From Eledone cirrhosa (Eukaryota), in assembly GCA_964016885.1 (NCBI GenBank), contig OZ024744.1:33976001-34040000 (forward strand): DNA of 64,000 nucleotides, in the 5' to 3' direction. The notes below the pieces were generated by a model. It was not told the DNA's origin. It ran no database searches and was given only the letters and a program-made list of their open reading frames with translations. Within the stretch, counting starts at the first letter, position 1. Each line of letters begins with the position of its first letter. The translations under genes were made by a program, and so were the position numbers. This document shows, one piece after another, positions 53,950-64,000 of the stretch.

Positions 53950-56900
53950 ACATTTACTACTAAATTTTCTATTATCATGGCAACAGTCCTAATAAATAAA
54001 ATTAGACTTACATACTCACGCACATATAGTGCACATACAGAACCTCACACTCACACAAACACGAACAGGGCTCACACAGAACCTAACACACACACTCAAA
54101 AAAGCATCACCGGACAAACACATTCAAACAGGTACACAATGAATTTATATACAACCCAATATACCTATATACATCAAAATACACATAACACCAGCATCAG
54201 TTCACTTATATTTGTACTCGCTATTTTATTCATTAGTTCCACCATACCAAATCTCCTCATACCTCTTGCCGAATCTAGACGCATTGAGAATGCCACTGAA
54301 TCTGTAAACCACGAAGTAATTGCCATTGGTGTACAGGAAGACATAGTTGATCTACAGACATTTGCTGCCAGTTCATCCAAAGACTTGGGCTGTGCCCTCC
54401 CGAAGCCTCTGTGATCTAAGCCTTGGCCGACCAGGCCTGAAACCCAGGTTAATTAGACTATCTTTTTCAAACTCAACTAAGGCACGTTCATATCTTTTGG
54501 CCTCTAATAAAGCTAGTCGTGAAAGTCGGATTGCATTCCGAACACGCCCTGGTCTTTCAACTGATGTCCGCCCAAAGCTGCGTGCTGCAGCTTCCTTAAA
54601 CCGCAGCTCGGCAGAACATGAAAACTTCAGCCTACGTGATGATGGGCAGATATGGAAATTTATTAAGGCTGGTGAAACATGGAAAAGAGATACCAGATGG
54701 TCTGAAAACACTGTACCCACAACAACTGACAATAAAAAAACTCTGGGAAACTAAATCAGAACAACCTGCCATCCCTGCACATAATCATAGACTGGAATCA
54801 AGCTACAAATTGTTGTCCTTGAATGCACGTAGTCTATGCAATAAGATTCGTCTTTTTCACTCCTACGTCAAAAGTATCAACCCTGACTTCATTACAGTCA
54901 CGGAAACTTGGGCACATTCCTTACTCTGTGATGGGGTTTTCAGCATAACTGGCTACAACTTGTTTCATAAAGACCACAATAATCGTCGTGGTGGTGGTGT
55001 AATGGTCTACATTCCGTCAAATTTTTCGGCAATCCCTTGTGTTGTTTGAACCAATCACTGCAGGAAGTATTTTTCTGCGATATACGTATGACCATGTCAA
55101 CACTTCTTCTTGGTGTTGTTTACCATCCCCCAAATTACCATCAGGGCATTCCACTTTGTGATATCCTCAGAGTTTCTGCCAGGAAAACAGCCACTTCTGT
55201 TTTTATTGCAGGGGACTTCAATCACCCTGAGATTGACTGGGAAACCTTTCGTTGGCCGCCAAGTACAAATGACTTCATGAGCTAGTGCTGGACCCAAACT
55301 GGTCTCAAGTAGTCACTCCTGAAATGATTGTTAGTGTTACTACTGAGGGACCTTTAGGTGACTCTGATCATGCTATGACCATTGCCAATCTATCCCTCAC
55401 AGGCAGTAACAAAAGCCACAACCATCTCCAAACTGCTCACTTTGACTGGAATAAAGTAGACTGGAACTGTTACTGTACCAAGTTGCAACGTCCAAACTGG
55501 CTTGAGATTTATGACTCTGGAGATGTCAACACTGTACTCCAGAAGATCCTGAGCTCAAAATAGACAGCATGTGCAGCATCGGTGCTACGTAAGCAGAAAA
55601 AACATCCCAAAAGTGCAATTTGGGAGACTGCAGCAGTCCGTCTTGCCAGAAAAGAACGTTGTAATGCTAAATGTGAGTCACAAACTGCATAAATCAGATG
55701 TCAATAAGAAGAAGCGAAATAAATCATCCAACCATCTCAAACAGGTGACAAAAAAGGCAGTGTTTCAATTTGAGCAGCACATAGCAACCAGCCCTGACAG
55801 CAGAGGCCTCACTCTCCAGTTGGTCCTCTTTGCAATCCCCACACAGGCCAGGTTACTGATGACCCCAAGGAATGCGCAGGGCTCATTTTCCCTATTGAAG
55901 ACCAGAGTTTACTGTCTCCACCACCTTTGACATTGGATTCTATTACAACTATGGAATTTACACCTGCAATACTGCGACATCACCTTAAAAATAAGCGCAA
56001 CCATGCCTCTCCTGGTCTTGATGGTGTTACGTACCTGCTTCTCAAATGTGGTGGGTACTTCTTTCTGCACCAGATATCATGCTTCTTCCAATTCAGTCTG
56101 AACAATGGTGCTACTCCAGAACAGTGGAAAACTGCCAGTGTCATTCCTCTGTTCAAAAAGGGTGATCGCACATCACCTGTGAACTATCGTCTAGTCAGTC
56201 TTACTAGTTGCATTGATGGAATCCTGTCTCAGAGAAATGCTTTGGAACTTCTGGAACTCTCACAGTCTTATCTGGCCCTCGCAATTTGGATTTATCCCTA
56301 ACTCCAGCTGCTGTGATCAACTTATCTAGTTTCTTGAAGACATACCCAGATCACTGATGGCGGCTCATGGGTGATATTGTTTACCTTGACATTGTTAAAG
56401 TTTACAATTCTGTGCCACACAAAAGACTTATGGCAAAACTCTCTGCAATGGGTGTGAAGGATGATCTTTCTTAACTGGTTGAAGTCCTTCATTCTCAGTC
56501 GAAGAGAAGTAGTCACGGTTCTAGGATGGCATTCCTCTCCATATGAAATGTCATCTGATGTACCCCAGGGATCTGTTTGTGGCATATATTAATGCCATAG
56601 ATGCCTACTTAAAGAATGTCAGAGTACTGAAATATGTAGATGACATCAAGCTGTACCTTGAGATAAAAAGGACAGATCCTGAACACTATAGATCTTGCCT
56701 GCTATCTCACCTGGACACAATGCAACAATGAATGACAGACTGGCAACTCAAGCTAAGTGTGGACAAGTGCACATCCATGCATTTTGGGAGTAAAAACCCA
56801 GCATCCACATACTCCCTTCACAACACTAATATCAAGAAGTCTTCTTGTGAACATGACCTGGGCATTACAGTCAGCAGCAATTTCTGTTGGACGAAGCACG

Positions 56901-57552
56901 TCTCTAAAATTGTCAAGAAGGCGGAGGGTGTCTTATCATCACTCAGCAAGACCTTTGTCAGCCGCTCTCCAGCTATCTATTTAAAGCTGTACATAGCTAT
57001 GGTGCGGCCACACATAGAATTTTCATCACCAGTCTGGAATCCCTATCTTGCTCAGAACATTGACCGCCTGGAAACTGTTCAGAGACGTGCAACCAAGCTA
57101 ATACCCTCCATCGGGCATCTACCATACTGTGAATGCCTTGCTTCCCTGGGCATGGATACATTGAAGCTCCGACGTCTTGGTAAACACCCACAAAATTATT
57201 AACCATCTTGCCAACAACAACACTGAGTACCTTTTTGATTTCCATGTGTCTAACACACGTGGGCATGCCCCACAAAGTCAGAAAACAGCACAGCTCCCAT
57301 GACTTTCACAAACATTTTATCACGCTCAGAGTTGCTGAAGCATGGAACAAACACCCTGCACCAGTTGTTAGCTGTCGAGACACTGCATCCTTTAAAATGA
57401 CCATGCTTCCTGAGATTCGCCAACACTACAAATTATATTACCCCTCCATACACATGCACACATGTATATCATGACTCATACACTATTCACTTCCCTGACA
57501 TTTGTATATTATTCTATGTACTATAAATGCACCTTTGAAGAGTTGTAGTGCA
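53950..57552 (+). mobile_element. CR1-clade LINE (ORF1 end + APE-RT), decayed
   Basis: LGRPGLKPRLIRL, LNARSL, VTETW, RGGGV, GDFN, SDH, SPGLDG, NYRLVSLTS, YVDDIKL, VWNPY. Confidence 0.92.
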
Positions 57553-57559
57553 CCTGATC

Positions 57560-57903
57560 ACTCATCATCATCATCACCGTTTTACGTCCGTTCTTCCACG
57601 CTAGCATGGGTTAGACGGGTTGTCCTGTTGTGGGCAGTGTCTGGTCGGCTGACCATGCCTTGCTCATACAGGAACTGATCTGGCTTGATTTCTACAGCTG
57701 GATGCCCTTCCTAACACCAACCTCATTTACAGTGAGTGCTGGGTGCTTTTTTGTGGCGCCTACACGTCCACTTCACAGTGTGGGCTGGGTGCTTTTTTGC
57801 CGTGGCACCTCCACGACCACCTTGCGGTGGGGGGGGGGGGGGGGCATATTGTTTATATGCTTCAGCATGTACCCATGGGAGGTCGGGTACCCTGTATTAC
57901 TGC
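57560..57903 (-). mobile_element. RTE 3' UTR fragment inserted in the CR1 tail
   Basis: (CAT)n tail and shared core; ATCACT on both sides. Confidence 0.8.
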
Positions 57904-58039
57904 GACCTCCCATCACTGCGACCTCCCATCATGCGACCTCCCATCACTGTACACAATAATTTCATTATATATATATATATATATATTCTCTTTTTCCATA
58001 AAATAATTTGTAAGGTAAAAATATATTAGTTTCTGATTT

Positions 58040-58130
58040 AGGACCAGGCTTACAATTTAGGGAAAGTCAATTAAATCTACCCCAGTACATTACTGGTATT
58101 TTATTTATCGAACCCATAAGGATAAAAAGT
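58040..58130 (-). mobile_element. Nin-core SINE fragment
   Basis: Reverse complement of a degenerate ATCCTT...CGATAAATAAAATACCAG core. Confidence 0.55.
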
Positions 58131-58527
58131 ATAGAAAAGGTAGGAAGGGGAAGGTACAAATAAAATAAAAACAATAATATGCTGCTCAAAAGTTACCAGG
58201 GGCATGTGAGGGAATTTCTTTAGGGATATTACCACAATGAGGACACAAGCTCTAAAATAGGGGAGTAGATCCTTACTTCCTGCTCCATAATTACAGTAAG
58301 TGCGATTGTGAATGACCTTGAAGTATATGTTTGGCTAACAGGGGAAAAGGGAGGTAAATCTTCCTAGCTTGAAGAAGAATAATAAAATTCTTCTTTCTCC
58401 AGGTATGGTGTGTTGAGTACTACAGTCTGACACGATAAGGTTAAAAGAAAAATACTAATTGTCATTTTACCTACAACATCCCATATGTGTGTATATGACA
58501 GGTAGAAAGTGTTTGTATCTGCATAAA

Positions 58528-58607
<80 letters not shown>

Positions 58608-58752
58608 TTATATTAATATAAATATGTACACACACGACACACACACATATATATATATGTGTATAAGTGTGTGTGTGTGTGGTGTATGTGTGTGTGTGCA
58701 CACTCACACCAACCACCATTACTTATTTCATGATTTTCAAATTATGACTTAC

Positions 58753-58812
58753 TTTTTTTTGTAGGTTCAGTCTTCATTGAAGCAATGCGAGGGGACACTG
58801 TAATATGGTCAC
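58753..58812 (-). CDS. 60-nt phase-1 exon (xDHITVSPRIASMKTEPTKK)
   Basis: TAG acceptor, GTAAGT donor, open frame, length conserved despite a divergent 3' half. Confidence 0.75.
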
Positions 58813-58924
58813 CTAGAATATATAAACAAAATCATAGTAAACCTACATGTATATATACAAATAACATTACAAATACAGGAAACAGTTATTAGATTCATTA
58901 TCTCTGATATATACATATATACCA

Positions 58925-59199
58925 CAACATCCAGTCCTAAATAAATAAGGTTGTGTAGGTGTCACGACAAAAAAACACAAAGGCCACGCTGTAATGTGGC
59001 CATGTAGGCAACACTGTAAAAACCTTCCAGTCCACACTGTAAACGTGGTTGGTGTTAGGAAGGGCATCCAGCCGTAGAAAACCTGCCAGATAGTCCCATA
59101 TGATCAAGACAACCAATCTTGTCTCAAGTGGGACAATTCCCGTCTAAACCCATGCTAGCGTTGAAGATAGACGTTAAACGATGATGATGATGATGATGA
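58925..59199 (+). mobile_element. RTE-tailed SINE inserted in the duplicated intron
   Basis: Absent from the paralogous introns; shared core and (GAT)n tail. Confidence 0.8.
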
Positions 59200-59320
59200 T
59201 ACACAAGGTCCAAACACAAATGGAACAAACTTCCGCTGTCTCGGACATTTATATATATATATATAGTGAAAGGATGAATTATTGAATAACTTATTAGATG
59301 ATGTTCAAATTATAACTTAC

Positions 59321-59380
59321 CCCTTTCAGTTGATTTACGCTTGATAGGAGCAATGCGAGGAGACACTGTAATATGGTAAT
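59321..59380 (-). pseudogene. 60-nt exon copy with TG acceptor (xYHITVSPRIAPIKRKSTER)
   Basis: Donor intact, frame open, acceptor TTCTTG. Confidence 0.6.
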
Positions 59381-59599
59381 CAAGAATATATAAACAAAAT
59401 CATAGTAAACCTACATGTATATATACAAATAACATTACAAATACAGGAAACAGTTATTAGATTCATTATATCTGATATATACATATATACACCAGGTCCA
59501 AACACAAATGGACCAAACTCCCGCTGTCCCTGCCATTTATATATATATATATACATATATAACGAAAGGATTCAGGACGCCAACTGCTTAGTTCCGTAA

Positions 59600-62500
59600 A
59601 TATACATTTACTACTAAATTTTCTATAATCATGGCAAACGTCCTAATAAAGAAAATTAGACTTACATACACACGCACAGAGAGTGCACACACAGAACCTC
59701 ACACTCACACAAACACAAACAGGGCTCACACAGAACCTAACACACACATTCAAAAAAGCATCACCTGACAAACACATCCAAACAGGTACACTATAAATTT
59801 ATATACAACCCAATATACCTATATGTATACATCAAAATACACATAACACCAGCATCACTTCACTTATATATGTACTCGCTGTTTTATTCATTAGTTCCAC
59901 CATACCAAATCTCCTCATACCTCTTGCCGAATCTAGACGCATTGAGAATGCCACTGAATCTGTAAACCACGAAGTGATTGCCATTGGTGTACCAGAAGAC
60001 ATAGTTGATCTACAGACATTTGCTGCCAGTTCATCCAAAGACTTGGGTTGTGCCCTCCCGAAGCCTCTGTGATCTAAGCCTTGGCCGACCAGGCCTGAAA
60101 CCCAGGTTAATTAGACTATCTTTTTCAAACTCAACTAAGGCACGTTCATATCTTTTGGCCTCTAATAAAGCTAGTCGTGAAAGTCGGATTGCATTCCGAA
60201 CACGCCCTGGTTTTTCAACTGATGTCCGCCCAAATCTGCGTGCTGCAGATTCCTTAAACCGCAGCTCAGCAGAACATGAAAACTTCAGCCTACGTGATGA
60301 TGGGCAGATATGGAAATTTATTAAGGCTGGTAAAAAAACTCTGGGAAACTAAATCAGAACAACCTGCCATCCCTGCACATAATCATAGACTGGAATCAAG
60401 CTACAAATTGTTGTCCTTGAATACACGTAGTCTATGCAATAAGGTTCGTCCTTTTCACTCCTACGTCAAAAGTATCAACCCTGACTTCATTACAGTCACG
60501 GAAACTTGGGCACATTCCTTACTCTGTGATGGGGTTTTCAGCATAACTGGCTACAACTTGTTTCGTAAAGACCGCAATAATCGCCGTGGTGGTGGTGTAA
60601 TGGTCTACATCCGGTCAAAAAGTTTTTCAGCAATTCCTCGTGTTGATTTGAACCAATCGCAGCAGGAAGTATTTTTCTGCGATATACGTATCACCATGTC
60701 AACACTTCTTCTTGGTGTTGTTTACCGTCCCCCAAATTACCATCAGACACTCAACTTTGTGATATCCTCAGAGTTGCTGCCAGGAAAACAGCCACTTCTG
60801 TTTTTATTGCAGGGGACTTCAATCACCCTGAGATTGACTGGGAAACCTTTCGTTGGCCGCCAAGTGCAAATGACTTCATGAGCTAGTGCTGGACTCAAAC
60901 TGGTCCCAAGTAGTCACCTCCCCAACAAGAGGTGACAACACTTTGGACCTACTCTTCACCACTACTCCTGAAATGATTGTTAGTGTTACTACTGAGGGAC
61001 CTTTAGGTGACTCTGATCATGCTATGACCATTGCCAATCTATCCCTCACAGGCAGTAACAAAAGCCACAACCATCTCCAAACTGCTCACTTTGACTGGAA
61101 TAAAGTAGACTGGAACTGTTACTGTACCAAGTTGCAACGTCCAAACTGGCTTGAGATTTACGACTCTGGAGATGTCAACACTGTACTCCAGAAGATCCTG
61201 AGCTCAAAATAGACACCATGTGCAGCATCGGTGCTACGTAAGCAGAAAAACATCCCAGAAGTGCAATTTGGGAGACTGCAGCAGTCCATCTTGCCAGAAA
61301 AGAACGTTGTAATGCTAAATGTGAGTCACAAACTGCATAAATCAGATGTCAATAAGAAGAAGCGAAATAAATCATCCAACCATCTCAAACAGGTGACAAA
61401 AAAGGCAGTGTTTCAATTTGAGCAGCACATAGCAACCAGCGCTGACAGCAGAGGCCTCACTCTCAAGTTGGTCCTCTTTGCAATCCCCACACAGGCCAGG
61501 TTACTGATGACCCCAAGGAATGCGCAGGGCTCATTTCTGAATGCTATGCAGGCATTTTCCCTATTGAAGACCAGAGTGTACTGTCTCCACCACCTTTGAC
61601 ATCGGATTCTATTACAACTATGGAATTTACACCTGCAATACTGCGACGTCACCTTAAAAATAAGCGCAACTATGCCTCTCCTGGTCTTGATGGTGTTACG
61701 TACCTGCTTCTCAAATGTGGTGGGTACTTCTTTCTGCACCAGATATCATGCTTCTTCCAATTCAGTCTGAACAATGGTGCTACTCCAGAACAGTGGAAAA
61801 CTGCCAATGTCATTCCTCTGTTCAAAAAGGGTGATCGCACATCACCTGTGAACTATCGTCTAGTCAGTCTTACTAGCTACATTGATGGAATCCTGTCTCA
61901 GAGAAATGCTTTGGAACTTCTGGAACTCTCACAGTCATATCTGGCCCTCGCAATTTGGATTTATCCCTAACTCCTGCTGGTGTGATCATTGAAGATGATT
62001 ACCCAGACATTATCCAGATCTCTGATGGCGACTCATGGGTGGATATTGTTTACCTTGACTTTGTTAAAGTTTACAATTCTGTGCCACACAAAAGACTTAT
62101 GGCAAAACTCTCTGCAATGTGTGTGAAGGATGATCTTTCTTAACTGGTTGAAGTCCTTCATTCTCAGTCGAAGAGAAGTAGTCACGGTTCTAGGATGGCA
62201 TTCCTCTCCATATGAAATGTCATCTGATGTACCACAGGATCTGTTCTTGGCTCCCTTTTGTTTGTGGCATATATTAATGACATGATGCCAACTTAAAGAA
62301 TGCCACAGTACTGAAATATGTAGACATCAAGCTGTACCTTGAGATAAAAAGGACAGATCCTGAACACTATACATATTGCCTGCGAGCTGTGGACAAGTGC
62401 ACAACCATGCATTTTGGGAGTAAAAACCCAGCATCCACATACTCCCTCCACAACACTAATATCAAGAAGTCTTCTTGTGAATATGACCTGGGCATTACAG

Positions 62501-63218
62501 TCAGCAGCAATTTCTGTTGGACGAAGCACGTCTCTAAAATTGTCAATAAGGCGGAGGGTGTCTTAGCATCAATTAGCAATACCTTTGTCAGCCGCTCTCC
62601 AGCTATCTATTTAAGGCTGTACATAGCTATGGTGCGGCCACACTTACAATTTGCATCACCAGTCTGGAATCCCTATCTTGCTCAGAACATTGACCGCCTG
62701 GAAACTGTTCAGAGACGTGCAACCAAGCTAATACCCTCCATCGAGCATCTACCATACTCTGAATGCCTTGCTTCCCTGGGCATGGATACATTGAAGCTCC
62801 GACGTCTTGCAACTGACTTGGTAAACACCCACAAAATTATTAACCATCTTGCCAACAACAACCCTGAGTACCTTTTTGATTTCCATGTGTCTAACACACG
62901 TGGGCATGCCCCACAAAGTCAGAAAACAGCACAGCTCCCATGACTTTCACAAACATTTTATCACGCTCAGAGTTGCTGAAGCATGGAACAAACTGCCTGC
63001 ACCAGTTGTTAGCTGTCGAGACACTGCATCCTTTAAAACGTCCATGCTTCCTGAGATTCGCCAACACTACACCTAATATTCCCCCTCCATACACATGCAC
63101 ACATGTATATCATGACTCATACACTATTCACTTCCCTGACATTTGTATATTATTCTATGTACTATAAATGCACCTTTGAAGAGTTGTAGTGCACCTGATC
63201 ACTGTACACAATAATTTC

Positions 63219-63225
<7 letters not shown>
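59600..63225 (+). mobile_element. CR1-clade LINE, segmental duplicate of 53950-57552
   Basis: Shares flanks and several disabling lesions with the first copy. Confidence 0.92.
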
Positions 63226-63249
<24 letters not shown>

Positions 63250-63251
<2 letters not shown>

Positions 63252-64000
63252 TCATCATCATCATCATCATCAGCGTTTTACGTCCGTTCTTCCACGCTAG
63301 CATGGGTTAGACGGGTTGTCCTGTTGTGGGCAGTGTCTGGTCGGCTGACCATGCCTTGCTCATACAGGAACTGATCTGGCTTGATTTCTACAGCTGGATG
63401 CCCTTCCTAACACCAACCTCATTTACAGTGAGTGCTGGGTGCTTTTTCGTGGCGCCTACACGTCCACTTTACAGTGTGGGCTGGGTGCTTTTTTGCCGTG
63501 GCACCTCCACGACCACCTTGCGGGGGGGGGGGGGGGGGGGCATATTGTTTATATGCTTCAGCATGTACCCATGGGAGGTCGGGTACCCTGTATTACTGCG
63601 TGACGCCAGAAGTCACGGTCGTGTGTCATTGACTTTGAGAGGTGTAGTTGGGTAAGGTCGGCTTTTATCACCTCATCCCAAGTCATCTTGGGTCTCCCCA
63701 CTCCGCGGTTTCCATCAACTTCTAGTGCTCTGCACCTTTTTATGCAGCTGTCATCCTTCATACGCATCACATGTCCATACCAGCGTAACCGCCTCTCCTG
63801 CACGCAGCATTTGATTCCTCTTATGCTCAGTCTCTCTCTCAATTCATTTATGCTTTGTCGTTCACGTATATTACTGTTACACATCCATCGGAGCATGCAG
63901 GCTTCGTTTCTCTCTAATCTACGTAAGTCTTCCACCTTCAGCGCCTAGGTCTCACTACCATGCAACATCGCTGTTCGGATACACGCATCATACAGTCTGC
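63250..64000 (-). mobile_element. RTE LINE 3' part
   Basis: RRLERNEACMLRWMC..RRLRWYGHV..GRPKMTW; (GAT)n tail. Confidence 0.92.

Noticed and set aside
54174-54732. Minus-strand ORFs MDELAANV.. and MSVVVG..
   Set aside because: Antisense shadows of CR1 ORF1.

Overview
Eukaryotic, repeat-dominated DNA. An octopod/cephalopod origin is inferred from the Nin-domain tRNA SINEs, RTE LINEs with (GAT)n tails and the abundant (TA)n. No intact transposon ORF is present. In order, the window holds: a decayed Ty3/Gypsy element; a Helitron Rep fragment; a young 2.1-kb non-coding LTR element; an 8-kb 20-bp satellite with a ~3.1-kb higher-order duplication; many Penelope-like (PLE) pieces; and RTE and CR1 LINE fragments. 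Two signals are not explained by the ORF track. (1) A hidden minus-strand host gene is built from tandemly duplicated 60-nt phase-1 exons, each encoding a basic 20-aa 'DHITVSPRxAPIKxKSxEK' repeat. Three copies are splice-competent, two have TG acceptors, and a terminal exon follows. (2) At least four different families of type I hammerhead ribozymes occur, several in short tail-out palindromes (fold-backs) inserted in (TA)n; one has a U3-A8 core variant and one family shows compensatory stem changes. All alignments and folds were done by eye, so element edges are approximate.
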